Shown one piece after another: positions 38,204 through 48,894 of a stretch of 64,000 bases of DNA. The stretch's first letter is position 1. Each line of letters begins with the position of its first letter. The position numbers and the translations under genes are program-made. The notes beneath the pieces are model-generated. The model made no database searches. It was not told the DNA's origin and worked only from the letters and a program-made list of their open reading frames with translations. Location: NCBI GenBank assembly GCA_030603365.1, contig JAUVXV010000015.1:1-64000 (forward strand), given 5' to 3'. Origin of the DNA: Candidatus Heimdallarchaeota archaeon (GTDB lineage Archaea > Asgardarchaeota > Heimdallarchaeia > Heimdallarchaeales > Heimdallarchaeaceae).

Positions 38204-41200
38204 TTATTTAGTTACTTGAAATTTTCTTCTTTTAAGAACGAAAACAAGAGTCATACATATGATTGATGGTAGAAACAGTAGATTGAGCAATGGACTTAAT
38301 TCTGGAACAATTGGGTTAACTGTCACAATCACAGTATCTGAAGCAGTATTCCCTTCTTCATCCATTACTACAATCGTATAATTATAGACCCCTACTTCCA
38401 AAGCATCTATATTGATACTGATTGGAATTCCTGAATACCAAGAGTCGGTTGAGATCAACTCACCTTCTAAATAGATTTCATAATGTGCAGGATCTTCATC
38501 GTAAGCAGACCAAGTAAGATAATGTCCAGTAGTTCCAAATTCATATTCATAATCTGGTTCCAATAGTAAATCTGGAGCATGTACTAACTCGAAGATATTA
38601 GTTTCAACGAATCCAAATCCAGGTCCATAGCTTGTAGTAGGGATAAACTCATAGATGAAAAATCCTGATTCTTTGTGGATATAAAGTATAGTTCCATCTA
38701 TCAAGATTATCTTCCAAACATCATTACCTCTCCAAAGTAAACTATCATTGATAAAAACTATATCACTCCAACTCGATGAAATAAATGGGTCACCAATAGT
38801 AGTTTCAGGAGTAATTCTATTGAACAGTGCAAAATGACTGGAAATAAATCCAGGAATATCTGAATCTGTTACATAACCATTTAGGATGTTTACTCTAGTA
38901 TAATATTGCATTTGGTTAAGTGTTGTACCATTATCGTCATAAGTCCTCATAGTGCTTGTAATATTCAGCTCAAATTCAGAGTGCCAAACAAAAGTAAAAT
39001 TCTGTTCTATAAACATACCAACATCTGGAAATTCTACAGTCATCATGAAGTAATCTCCGTCATCCAAGTCATACAAAGGTGTAATATCAGCAGATTCAAT
39101 TGATAGCTCTACAAATGCATTGGTTGTATCATCCCATAGAAATTCAAGTCTTATTATGTTTGTTCCATTTTCAAAAACTGGGACACAGATATAATCATTA
39201 TAAAGAGAGGTTACATTCGTAATCCAGACATCATTAACAAACATATCAACTAACACTACATCCGTCACATCTGTTGTGTTAAATTCTATATAGACCACTC
39301 CTCCTTCAACCGTTTGTCCCTCCGTCGGGGTTATAATCTCAACTTCCCGTATAGGTAATGGATCTAAATAAAAGTGCATGTAAATACTCTCATGTACATC
39401 TACAAATATAACTTGAGACTCTGAAAAATGCTCATCAGCGATTACTTCAATTCTGTAAGTACCTACTGGTACAGCAACTACTTTGTAGAACCCATCTACA
39501 TCTGTCAATCTAGTTAAAAGAAGATTATCAGCTTCATCGTAAATATTCACTTGAGCATTGGCTAAAGGATCTAAACTGATACTGTCATAAGCATTAACTT
39601 CGATGAAACTAGTATAAGGAGAGGGAGAGAATAGAATAGCAAAATCGCTTGCACCATTTAAGCTCGGTGTATAGAGAGAATAGTAACTTAAGTCCCGACC
39701 ATAATTTAGTCCCACTGTTGAACCAGGATCATATTCAATATAATGATACTGAAAGACTATATCTCCATTAGCATGTAGAACAACTTCAAATGTTCCTATT
39801 GGGTAGTACCCTGGAGAAGTGGTGATGTAATACCAATAAGTAACTGCGAAATAACTAGGAGTTGAACGATAATATACATTATTAGATGCATAAAGATCAT
39901 CCCAGAATGGTGCGATAATATAATTATAATGATCGGTAGGTATACCCCAACGATTCCAAGTAAGTGAATCTAGTTCAAGGAATGACAACACACCATTTGA
40001 ATCTATATAGATAGTTGAAAAGAAATGATCATAGAAGAAGAATTCAAATTGCAGATTAATTGATTTGTATATGTCGTCTCCCGCTAATCCAAGTGATTGA
40101 CCACTATGGTATGTATCATACCAGAGAAATGGAGTCGAGTACATAAAATATTGCACAGGAGGATAAGTACTAAAATCGATAGAATAATAATTGTCAATGG
40201 AATATGATTCACCCGTAACTATCGTAGTATTAACTTCTACTACATAAACACCATGAACTGAAGTTTGACATTCTGCTTTCCAAATGAAGTATTCTCCACC
40301 ATCTAAGTTGAGATTCCTTGAAGTAACAAAGACTCCATCTATATATACTTCAGTAACAGATGATTCTGCAAAATGGCCAGTATTATGTATCAAAATAGGG
40401 ATTACAAAATTCGTGTTATTTCTCTCAAAAAAATCGACAGCTTGTTTGAGATTATGAACTTCATATGAGGGGGATAATACGCTAATGTAAGTTCCTTCCC
40501 AATAAAAATTATAACTATCATCTAAATTAGCTATACGAACACCTGTTTCTTTTACAAAGTAGTATTTTGCATACATCGGCCATTCTTCATCAGGATCATC
40601 TAATATCCACACATCAACAATCTCTCCATAATAGTTATACGTTGTTTCTCCAATGACTTCACCATCATTAGCTCCCATATAGAAAACATCGACTACTGCT
40701 CCCAAATAGAGATCATCTGGATTTAGCCAATAGGGAAATAAATCCCATGATGATGAAAACTCACGAGTGTATGGATTTAGGATATAAGTACCATAAACAT
40801 ATTCAGTGAGCGTATCAGCTAAGAAATATATATAATTAAGAACATATTCTCGTGGACTCAAAATGTCCACAACTTCCCATTTTATACTAAACGGGTAAAA
40901 GTCATTAGGATATCCGTAAGCTAAAATATCACCAATTTGAAGATTAATGACTTTTGCTATAGCTTCCACTGCTTTTTGAGCACTATTGTCAGCTTTTATT
41001 ATTTCACCGGGAACTGGTTCAATATACCCAGTAATATTATATGTTCCTATGGTACCTGGAGTGAAACCTATGCCAATAAAATGTTTTTCACGAGGAGCTA
41101 AACTTGGTATAATAGAAGTACCAAAATTTACATCATCAATTATAAGGCTAACATTGATATCCGTTTCTTCAAACAAACCCACATTAGATATCTGGATTTC

Positions 41201-42721
41201 AATCATAGTCTGCAAATCATATGGAATTATATTTGGACAAAGAAGTTTAGCTTGTAGATTATGGTCTTGTAATCCGAAAATTGCTGCAAATGCATCTATT
41301 CTTCCCCATCCAAAGTAAATATCATAACCAGGATCCCCCAAATCTACAGATGTTGTTTCCATTATATTATAAATCTGATCTGGAGTGTAAGTGGGAAATT
41401 CACTTAAGAGTAAAGCTGCTAATCCAGCAACATGAGAACAAGCTGCAGATGTTCCACTATCGTACATATAATCCCCCCAATAGCTCCCCCATATATGAGT
41501 AGAATAAATATCATCACCAGGTGCGGATATATCTAGCCAATCGCCATAATTTGAGTAGTAGGGTCTATTATCTGATGAACCAGTTGCTCCTACTGCAAAA
41601 ACTCCTGATAATGCAGCAGGATAGTAAGGGTCGTTTGTTCCATAGTTCCCTGATGCCGATATTACCATTATTCCAGCAGTAATCGCGTTTTGTACACTAT
41701 CATTGACTAATTGAGAATATCCATATCCCCCCAAACTGATACTAATGATGTGAGCTCCTTGTGCAACTGCATGATCAATACCAGATGCAAGGTTTTCAGC
41801 AGTTCCATAACCATTATTATCTAACGTTTTTTCAGCAATTATGGAAACATCAGCGATACCAGCGATTCCTATACCATTATTTATAGTTGCAGCTATTATC
41901 CCTGCACAATGTGTTCCATGATAATTATCATCAAAAGGATCATTATCATTATTTATAAAATCATAACCAAGAGGAAGATATTGACCTGCTAAATCAGGAT
42001 GTGTATAGTCGATACCTGTGTCTAAAATAGCAACAATTACACTAGAAGAACCCATTTGAATATCCCATACATCTTCCATTCCTATGATTTGTGGTCCCCA
42101 TTGATGAATCCAGCTTGGATCATCAGGTATCAGTGCCTTTTCATAATAATAATTTGGTTCAATGTATTTTACACCTGGAATATTTAGAGCTTCAGTAAAG
42201 AAATTTTGTTGATAATTATAAATAAGATTCTTGGGGACTTGTATAAGAAGAAAACTACTGTATTGGTTAATTTGAGTAATTTCTACATCATATCTAACTA
42301 AATGTTCTACAGTTGATAAAAGATTGAATTGGTCATCATATTTCAGAACAAATTCAATTTTGTTATCTTCTCTAACTTTGAATAAAGAATCAGGATGATA
42401 TCGCTGAAGAAATGGAGTGTCCAAAATACTCTTTAAAACTGTAACTTCTGAATCTAAGTCACTTGGAGTAATGAAAGAATCTATATCTCTACTTGAAAGT
42501 TCAGAAATGTCTTTTAAGTACGCGTTATTCTCACTATCTTGATCTTCTTCTATTTTCTCTTCTGGTTCAGAATTGTTAATAGTTGTATATTCAGTTAGTT
42601 TGTTTATGTCATTTTCTGCATTGATTGAACCATTTATAAGAGTTGTATTTCCTATTGTTCCGATTAATAAAACACACAATAATAAAATGAATTCTGTTTT
42701 TAGTTTGTTTTTTTCTGACAT
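38204..42721 (-). CDS. Large secreted S8 (subtilisin-like) protease with CARDB/Ig-like domains and C-terminal anchor
   Basis: Catalytic triad ILDTG, HGTHCAG, SGTSAA; signal peptide; IAPFWDDL domain; VPEL+TM+KRRK. Confidence 0.93.
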   Translation of the reverse strand: MSEKNKLKTEFILLLCVLLIGTIGNTTLINGSINAENDINKLTEYTTINNSEPEEKIEEDQDSENNAYLKDISELSSRDIDSFITPSDLDSEVTVLKSILDTPFLQRYHPDSLFKVREDNKIEFVLKYDDQFNLLSTVEHLVRYDVEITQINQYSSFLLIQVPKNLIYNYQQNFFTEALNIPGVKYIEPNYYYEKALIPDDPSWIHQWGPQIIGMEDVWDIQMGSSSVIVAILDTGIDYTHPDLAGQYLPLGYDFINNDNDPFDDNYHGTHCAGIIAATINNGIGIAGIADVSIIAEKTLDNNGYGTAENLASGIDHAVAQGAHIISISLGGYGYSQLVNDSVQNAITAGIMVISASGNYGTNDPYYPAALSGVFAVGATGSSDNRPYYSNYGDWLDISAPGDDIYSTHIWGSYWGDYMYDSGTSAACSHVAGLAALLLSEFPTYTPDQIYNIMETTSVDLGDPGYDIYFGWGRIDAFAAIFGLQDHNLQAKLLCPNIIPYDLQTMIEIQISNVGLFEETDINVSLIIDDVNFGTSIIPSLAPREKHFIGIGFTPGTIGTYNITGYIEPVPGEIIKADNSAQKAVEAIAKVINLQIGDILAYGYPNDFYPFSIKWEVVDILSPREYVLNYIYFLADTLTEYVYGTYILNPYTREFSSSWDLFPYWLNPDDLYLGAVVDVFYMGANDGEVIGETTYNYYGEIVDVWILDDPDEEWPMYAKYYFVKETGVRIANLDDSYNFYWEGTYISVLSPSYEVHNLKQAVDFFERNNTNFVIPILIHNTGHFAESSVTEVYIDGVFVTSRNLNLDGGEYFIWKAECQTSVHGVYVVEVNTTIVTGESYSIDNYYSIDFSTYPPVQYFMYSTPFLWYDTYHSGQSLGLAGDDIYKSINLQFEFFFYDHFFSTIYIDSNGVLSFLELDSLTWNRWGIPTDHYNYIIAPFWDDLYASNNVYYRSTPSYFAVTYWYYITTSPGYYPIGTFEVVLHANGDIVFQYHYIEYDPGSTVGLNYGRDLSYYSLYTPSLNGASDFAILFSPSPYTSFIEVNAYDSISLDPLANAQVNIYDEADNLLLTRLTDVDGFYKVVAVPVGTYRIEVIADEHFSESQVIFVDVHESIYMHFYLDPLPIREVEIITPTEGQTVEGGVVYIEFNTTDVTDVVLVDMFVNDVWITNVTSLYNDYICVPVFENGTNIIRLEFLWDDTTNAFVELSIESADITPLYDLDDGDYFMMTVEFPDVGMFIEQNFTFVWHSEFELNITSTMRTYDDNGTTLNQMQYYTRVNILNGYVTDSDIPGFISSHFALFNRITPETTIGDPFISSSWSDIVFINDSLLWRGNDVWKIILIDGTILYIHKESGFFIYEFIPTTSYGPGFGFVETNIFELVHAPDLLLEPDYEYEFGTTGHYLTWSAYDEDPAHYEIYLEGELISTDSWYSGIPISINIDALEVGVYNYTIVVMDEEGNTASDTVIVTVNPIVPELSPLLNLLFLPSIICMTLVFVLKRRKFQVTK

Positions 42722-43012
42722 TTTAATCTAGTCCTATCTCTATTAGACTCAACAGTAATTAGGACCAGAACCCTCACATAGTACATCAGTAATTTAGATA
42801 TCAAAAACAAGCTTACTTATTCTCATATATTAACGTATGCTAGAAAATTTAGTTTAGCAACTGGCAGAAAATAGTATATTCAGTTATTTTACTACTAACA
42901 ATATGAATGAATCATAAAGTAGCCAGTTTTTTATAATCGTTCTTGATTTGGTTTGCATAAAGCTTTTAACCTACTTTAGACTAAACTGTCTCTGTCAAAA
43001 GAAGATGATTAA

Positions 43013-45040
43013 ATGAAAAACAAGCACGTAAAAATAACTATTTTCATGATTCTTTTAGGTTCAGCCTTTTGTTTTGTACCAAACAACCGAACAGATGTTC
43101 AAGCTGCTACTGGTATCTTTGTTGAAAATTTTTCAACCACAACATATCATGATATTGCTAATACAAATGCAACTGGATGGGGTACTGGAATTGTGAAAAC
43201 TCCAGATAAACCAAATCCTGAACTTAAAGGTATTTTCAACAATTCCAAAGATCCAGTTGATGTCTTTGTAGATGGTAATTACGCATATGTAGCCGAATAT
43301 CATGGTGATTTGACAATTCTTGACATCAGTGACCCTTCAGCTCCTACCAATGTAAGTCAGTATATCATAGGAAGTGCGGCAGGAACACCAACTGGTGTAT
43401 ATGTGAAGAATTCAGTATGTTATGTTGCTACAAGAAATTGGGGATTACAAATAGTGGATGTTTCTAATCCAGCTAGCCCAACAAACCTTAGTGCCTATCC
43501 TACTATAGATCATCCTGTTGATGTTTATGTCGATGGGGATTACTACTACGTTGCTGACCAATATGGTGGAGTACAGATTGTTGATGTAACAGATCCAGCA
43601 AATCCATTTAATAGCTCTGTTATAAACTATGGTGGTTTTGTAAATGGAGTCTATATAAGCAGTTCAACACTCTACATCGCAGACTATTTTGGTAAATTTC
43701 TGGTTTATGATGTCACAAATCCAGCTGCTCCAGTTTATAGAGGAAATGTTTCTTTAACAACTAATGCTTATGATTTATCTGTTGATGGCAATACAGCTTA
43801 TGTTGCAAATGGTTGGGCAGGATTAGTTACAATTGATGTTACAAATCCGACAACTCCAACAATTTTGGATACATATAATTCAGGAGACTACGTTAAAGAT
43901 GCTAAATTCGAAGAGCATAAAGTTTACATAACTGATTCAGCTTCTGGAGTTATAGTTATAGATGCCACAAATCCTTCAGATCTAGCTTTGATTGGTTCTT
44001 ATGATACATGGAATTGGCCAGATGGCCTATTTGTAAAAGACCGAATGGTATATGTTGCTGACTATTTTGGTGGCTTACTCGTACTTGACCACACTGGTCA
44101 TGAAAGTCCTATGTTTGCTCAATCTACTACAATTGTTCCTATTACTGATGATGCACAAGTCATCAAAGCTTCATTGTTATTAAACGACTATTCAACACTA
44201 TGGAGTGGAATGGCAATTGGTTTGTATCTTTCAGCAGATGGAGGAGCAAATTGGCAAGCTGTAACACATGGTGCACTAACAACCTTAACTAATCCTGGAA
44301 AAGATTTAAGGTTTCGATTACTGTTGATTAATCTCAATGCTGTTAATGCAACGTGGGTATCTGAATTAACTGTTGAGTATACAACTAAACTAGAAAGTGT
44401 TGTACAAGATTCACCTGGTGATGGTTCGTACATAACTGATACCACGCCTACATTAATTTGGGATCCGATTGCGGGAGCTGCTAGTTATCTACTTCAAGTT
44501 GATGATGCACCAGATTTCATATCTCAAGTAGTTAATGCATCCGTTTCTGGAACAGCTACAAATTATACGACAACAACACTTTCAGACGGTTTATATCATT
44601 GGAGAATCCTAGCTATTGATTCTGAGGGGGAGCCTGGAAAGTGGTCAAATGTCAGTACATTCACACTTGATACAACCGATCCTGTAGTTGTAGGAGAACC
44701 AAATTTTGAGATGAATGAAGGAGAAACTGGTCATAATGTTAATTGGACAATAACTGAAATCAATTTATATTCCTTTACAGTTTACCTCGATGAAACAGCT
44801 GTTCCCATGGGATTGTTAACTTGGGATGGTACTACATTGTGGATTTCAACTGATGGATTAGGAGTCGGTGTACATAATTACACTCTGGAAGCGATAGACG
44901 ACGCAGGTAATACTGGAACTGATACAGTATATGTAACAGTAAACATTGTTGTAGGAGAATTTAATCCTACAATCGTCATTCTTCCACTACTAATGGCAGT
45001 TGGAATTTGTTCAATTTTTATCTTAAAGAGAAGAAAATAA
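43013..45040 (+). CDS. Secreted LVIVD-repeat protein with Fn3/Ig-like domains and C-terminal anchor
   Basis: About 7 YVA....GL.I[VL]DV[ST][ND]P repeats, TDTTPTLIW, VGEF+TM+KRRK. Confidence 0.88.
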   Translation: MKNKHVKITIFMILLGSAFCFVPNNRTDVQAATGIFVENFSTTTYHDIANTNATGWGTGIVKTPDKPNPELKGIFNNSKDPVDVFVDGNYAYVAEYHGDLTILDISDPSAPTNVSQYIIGSAAGTPTGVYVKNSVCYVATRNWGLQIVDVSNPASPTNLSAYPTIDHPVDVYVDGDYYYVADQYGGVQIVDVTDPANPFNSSVINYGGFVNGVYISSSTLYIADYFGKFLVYDVTNPAAPVYRGNVSLTTNAYDLSVDGNTAYVANGWAGLVTIDVTNPTTPTILDTYNSGDYVKDAKFEEHKVYITDSASGVIVIDATNPSDLALIGSYDTWNWPDGLFVKDRMVYVADYFGGLLVLDHTGHESPMFAQSTTIVPITDDAQVIKASLLLNDYSTLWSGMAIGLYLSADGGANWQAVTHGALTTLTNPGKDLRFRLLLINLNAVNATWVSELTVEYTTKLESVVQDSPGDGSYITDTTPTLIWDPIAGAASYLLQVDDAPDFISQVVNASVSGTATNYTTTTLSDGLYHWRILAIDSEGEPGKWSNVSTFTLDTTDPVVVGEPNFEMNEGETGHNVNWTITEINLYSFTVYLDETAVPMGLLTWDGTTLWISTDGLGVGVHNYTLEAIDDAGNTGTDTVYVTVNIVVGEFNPTIVILPLLMAVGICSIFILKRRK

Positions 45041-45075
45041 CTTCTCCTCTTTTCTTATTTTTTTATTTTATTTTT
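45041..45075 (+). terminator. Oligo-T terminator-like tract
   Basis: T-rich run right after the stop codon. Confidence 0.4.
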
Positions 45076-45125
45076 ACACAATAATTAAATGCTGTTAGTG
45101 GGATTCAATGCTAGTTGTGTGATAA

Positions 45126-46772
45126 ATGAACTTGGAAACTGATATTCTTGTTATTGGTGGAGGAAGTGCAGGAACCATGGCAGCTATTGTCGCCAAAGAA
45201 CAAAATCCAGATGCTGATGTAACCATTCTTGAAAAAGGAGAAATCAACCGTAGTGGTTCAATAGCACGTGGTATGGATGCACTCAATATAGTTGTTCAAC
45301 CAGGTATAACTACTCCTGAATTATATATGAATTCAGCACGTATAGCAACAGAAGGAATTGTAGATTACAAACCTAGCTACGTAATGGCTGAGAGGAGTTA
45401 TTCTATTCTTAAACGTCTTGAAGGTTGGGGTATCCGTTTTCCCCGAGATGAAGAGAATAAATATATCTCATTACAAGTTCATGCAAAAGGTAGTTTTCTC
45501 TTAGAGATGGATTCTCCAGAACTGAAACTTGTCTTAGCTGAAAAGGTCAAAGAAGCTGGAGTGAGAGTAGTAAATAGAACAATTGTTACCAAACTGCTAG
45601 TAAATAATGGAGAAGTAAACGGAGCTATGGGTTTTAACATTAGGACAGGAGAATTTGTTGTCTGTAAAGCAAAAGCAACTATTCTTTCTAATGGAGGTTG
45701 TGCAAGATTTTCTCTTCCTAATTCAGGGTATCTTTATGGAACATTTGATTATCCAGGAAACGCAGGTGATGGATATTCTCTTGCTTATCGAGCAGGTGCT
45801 CAGCTTACTGGATTTGAGTATACCAATTGTTCTCCTCTCATAAAAGATATTAACTGCCCATTACTCTACATCACTTTGACTCGTGGAGCAGAGATTGTCA
45901 ATGCCCTTGGTGAAACGATTGATCTTGAATATGTTTCTACTCAGAGAATGTTGAAGGAGCTTCGAGAAGGTAGGGGACCAGTTTTCATAAAAATGAATCA
46001 TCTTTCTGAGGAACGAATACAAGAAATCGAAAGGATACTATTTTCAGTAGAACGACCTATTCAGAAGAGATTCTGGGAAAACAGAGGAGTCGATTTTAGA
46101 GAAGGACTCATCGAATTAGGTGAAACAGAGTATCAACTTTGTGGTGGTCATGGTTTAACAGGTATTGTTGTTAATGAGAAAGCTGAAACTACTCTCAAAG
46201 GTCTTTATGCAGCAGGGGATGTTGCTTGTGTGCCATTACAACATCTAACTGGAGCATTTGTTTTTGGTGAAGTAGCTGCTGAAGAAGCTGTCAAATTTGT
46301 CAGTAACAAGGAACACAGTAAAATTGATCAAAATCTGATAAATGATGAGGAACAAAGACTTCTCAAAGTTTTGGAAAATAACAAAACTGGGACAATATCA
46401 GTTCAAGATTTCGAATATAAAGTTAGACGAACAATTGGAGATTATGTTGTTCCTCCAAAAAATGAAACAAAATTGAATAGATTCTTATGGTGGCTTCCAA
46501 GGTTTAGAAAAGAAATGACGAACATACGAATTACTGACCATCATGAGTTAAGTCGTTTTGAGGAGATACAATTTATTCTAGATTGTGCAGAGCTCTCAGT
46601 ACATGCCTCTCTTGCCCGAAAAGAGAGTCGCTGGGGTTGGTTCCATCATAGAACTGATTATCCTGAAAAAGATGATGAAAATTGGTTAAAGCATGTTGTT
46701 CTTGCTAAAGGATTAAAATCCGGAGAAGTTCAAACGGTTCTAGTTCCAATTGATGATGGAGGAGATCCATAA
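45126..46772 (+). CDS. AprA/SdhA-family flavoprotein (adenylylsulfate-reductase-alpha-like)
   Basis: GGGSAG FAD loop, RSGSIARGMDALN, GLYAAGD, RKESRWG...DYP..DD.NW. Confidence 0.85.
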   Translation: MNLETDILVIGGGSAGTMAAIVAKEQNPDADVTILEKGEINRSGSIARGMDALNIVVQPGITTPELYMNSARIATEGIVDYKPSYVMAERSYSILKRLEGWGIRFPRDEENKYISLQVHAKGSFLLEMDSPELKLVLAEKVKEAGVRVVNRTIVTKLLVNNGEVNGAMGFNIRTGEFVVCKAKATILSNGGCARFSLPNSGYLYGTFDYPGNAGDGYSLAYRAGAQLTGFEYTNCSPLIKDINCPLLYITLTRGAEIVNALGETIDLEYVSTQRMLKELREGRGPVFIKMNHLSEERIQEIERILFSVERPIQKRFWENRGVDFREGLIELGETEYQLCGGHGLTGIVVNEKAETTLKGLYAAGDVACVPLQHLTGAFVFGEVAAEEAVKFVSNKEHSKIDQNLINDEEQRLLKVLENNKTGTISVQDFEYKVRRTIGDYVVPPKNETKLNRFLWWLPRFRKEMTNIRITDHHELSRFEEIQFILDCAELSVHASLARKESRWGWFHHRTDYPEKDDENWLKHVVLAKGLKSGEVQTVLVPIDDGGDP

Positions 46773-46966
46773 TGCCATTAATTGTTAACAAAGATCTTTG
46801 CACAAGCTGTGGTGTATGTGTAGAACGATGTACAATGGACATCATTAGATTGGACGACGAAGGATTCCCATACATTAAGTACGATGAATGTTGGTATTGT
46901 GGAGTGTGCGAAGAAGACTGTCCAGTAAATGCTGTAGTGATAGATTTACCATTCCTAGTGAAATAA
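46772..46966 (+). CDS. 2x[4Fe-4S] ferredoxin (short AprB-like)
   Basis: CTSCGVCVERC and CWYCGVCEEDCP; TAATG coupling to the flavoprotein gene. Confidence 0.92.
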   Translation: MPLIVNKDLCTSCGVCVERCTMDIIRLDDEGFPYIKYDECWYCGVCEEDCPVNAVVIDLPFLVK

Positions 46967-47072
46967 GCATAAACAAGATAGTTACTTCTTTACGAAACCT
47001 AAAGATTAGAGAGAAAAAACACATATTAGAAAATCTAAAAATTAACCAATAGCACTACATGAGCGATTAAGA

Positions 47073-47597
47073 ATGATCAGATTAGAAACAGGCAGATTAA
47101 TAGTTCGTAATTTTACTCTTGATGATTGGGAAGATCTAGCTGAATTAGCAATGAAATATGAACAATCAGAGTTAGCAAAATATGATGAGGGACCTTGGCC
47201 AAGCAATCTAGAAGAATATAAATCGATAGTTCAGAATTTTTCTGAAGGGGACGATTTTGTGGCTGTAATCTTAAAAGAACCAAAGAAACTGATAGGACTA
47301 ATATTTAAAGCTAAGAAAGAAGATGGGAGGTTTGAATTTGGCTTTAATTTTCATTCTGATTTTCATGGGATGGGGTACGCTATAGAAAGCTGTCAAGCTG
47401 TTTTAGATTACATTTTTGAGGTATTAGATGCAGAAATTGTGACTGCAGGTACAGCTAAAATTAACAAACCATCAAATAATCTACTAAGACGACTGGGTTT
47501 TTGTTTAATAGGTGAAAAGAAGATATCTTTTAGAAAAGATAAAGAAGGTAAACCTATTGAATTTGTGGGATTAGATTATTCCCTTTCTAGAAAATAA
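47073..47597 (+). CDS. RimJ/RimL-type GNAT acetyltransferase
   Basis: LETGRLIVR, GF.F...FHGMGYA, N.PS..LL.RLGF. Confidence 0.88.
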   Translation: MIRLETGRLIVRNFTLDDWEDLAELAMKYEQSELAKYDEGPWPSNLEEYKSIVQNFSEGDDFVAVILKEPKKLIGLIFKAKKEDGRFEFGFNFHSDFHGMGYAIESCQAVLDYIFEVLDAEIVTAGTAKINKPSNNLLRRLGFCLIGEKKISFRKDKEGKPIEFVGLDYSLSRK

Positions 47598-47660
47598 TTT
47601 GATCAATTCTTAAAGAACCATTCTAAATTATTTTACTATATTAAATCAAATAACTTCAAT

Positions 47661-48641
47661 TTATTTTTCTTCTTTCCAAGCATGAGTTATTCTTTTCCAA
47701 CCTTGCTCAAAACTAAATTTCTCATATAACTTGAGTGCAGCTACATTAGCGATATCTACCACAAGACTCATAGTTTTGAAACCAGAATTTTTGAGAGTGA
47801 CTATTGCATGGTTTAATAGTTTAGAGCCTAGCTGATGTCCTCTATGATCAGGAATAACACCCATAATCCATAGATGGCCGTTACCTTCACCATGGGTGGG
47901 TTTAACGAGTGTAAAACCTATGAATTTGGTTCCTTCAACAAGTACTATAGATGCTTCATTTATCATTTCGTCTTCCTTATCAAAATGTTCATCAAAATAT
48001 TCTTTTCTTTCTTCATCTGTTTCAGAAAGAAAATTCCTATCTCCACTTTCACTAAAAGAATCATAGAAGCAAGAATATAGGTCATTATCATCAGCATTTT
48101 TCAAGAGAATAGTTTCTATTCCTTTAGGAAATTCTATTTCAGAAAGCTCTTGTTCTTCTAGATTGAGTGACATGAAAACAATTTCATCTTCCTCTAGAAG
48201 ATTACAACTTGGATATATAGAAGGATCTACTGGATATTTTTCTAAAGAATCTATTTTCTCGTAACACAATTCTATTCTAGTGTGTTGTGTCTTCAAAGCA
48301 TGATTTATGCATTCTGTGAATAGAAGTTGAGCTACTTCTATTTTCTTGGGTTCATTAGGATGAATAAGAGGATGACCTCCTAATGCCCAAGGATTAATCT
48401 CTAACCTTTTGGAATCATGTACAAAGAGAAGAACCCATCCCACTAAATTATTTTCTTTGTAAGCTTCTACTACAATAGGAACTTCATCATAATCTAGATT
48501 TTGTATCCAACTTCCTATACCTTCAATGGATGCATTGATTTCGGGTCTAGTAATTTTCCAAATTACATGTGTTAACATTGCCAAGTCTAGAACATTTAGA
48601 TGTTCATCTAACTTTTGTGTTTTAATTTGTATATTATTCAT
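47661..48641 (-). CDS. Tandem GNAT acetyltransferase
   Basis: GVIPDHRGHQLG, N.AA..LYEKF.F. Confidence 0.85.
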   Translation of the reverse strand: MNNIQIKTQKLDEHLNVLDLAMLTHVIWKITRPEINASIEGIGSWIQNLDYDEVPIVVEAYKENNLVGWVLLFVHDSKRLEINPWALGGHPLIHPNEPKKIEVAQLLFTECINHALKTQHTRIELCYEKIDSLEKYPVDPSIYPSCNLLEEDEIVFMSLNLEEQELSEIEFPKGIETILLKNADDNDLYSCFYDSFSESGDRNFLSETDEERKEYFDEHFDKEDEMINEASIVLVEGTKFIGFTLVKPTHGEGNGHLWIMGVIPDHRGHQLGSKLLNHAIVTLKNSGFKTMSLVVDIANVAALKLYEKFSFEQGWKRITHAWKEEK

Positions 48642-48894
48642 TTGTCTAATGCCTCCTTCTGAGTATTCAATTATTTAAGTGTAATCAGCAAAAATCAATG
48701 AACTCTATAGTAACAGACTAATTAACCAGAATATCAAGGTCATCACAAGAGATGGAGTTACAAATGAGCAACTAAAATTTTGAAAGAGAGCAATTACAGA
48801 ATTCCTTCAACTGCTCACGAAGTAAGACAAACAAAAAAGAAAAAGATAGAAAGAAGGGAGAGGAGTAAACCTAGAAAATAGAGAAATAAATAAT

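Noticed and set aside
45126-46966. Calling the pair aprA/aprB as evidence of sulfate reduction
   Set aside because: Subunits are shorter than the canonical ones and no partner genes are present; treated as AprA-like only.
48685-48882. Start-less open frame on the plus strand (SAKINELYSNRL...) as a gene remnant
   Set aside because: No recognisable family; the end is low-complexity purine-rich sequence from the opposing terminator.
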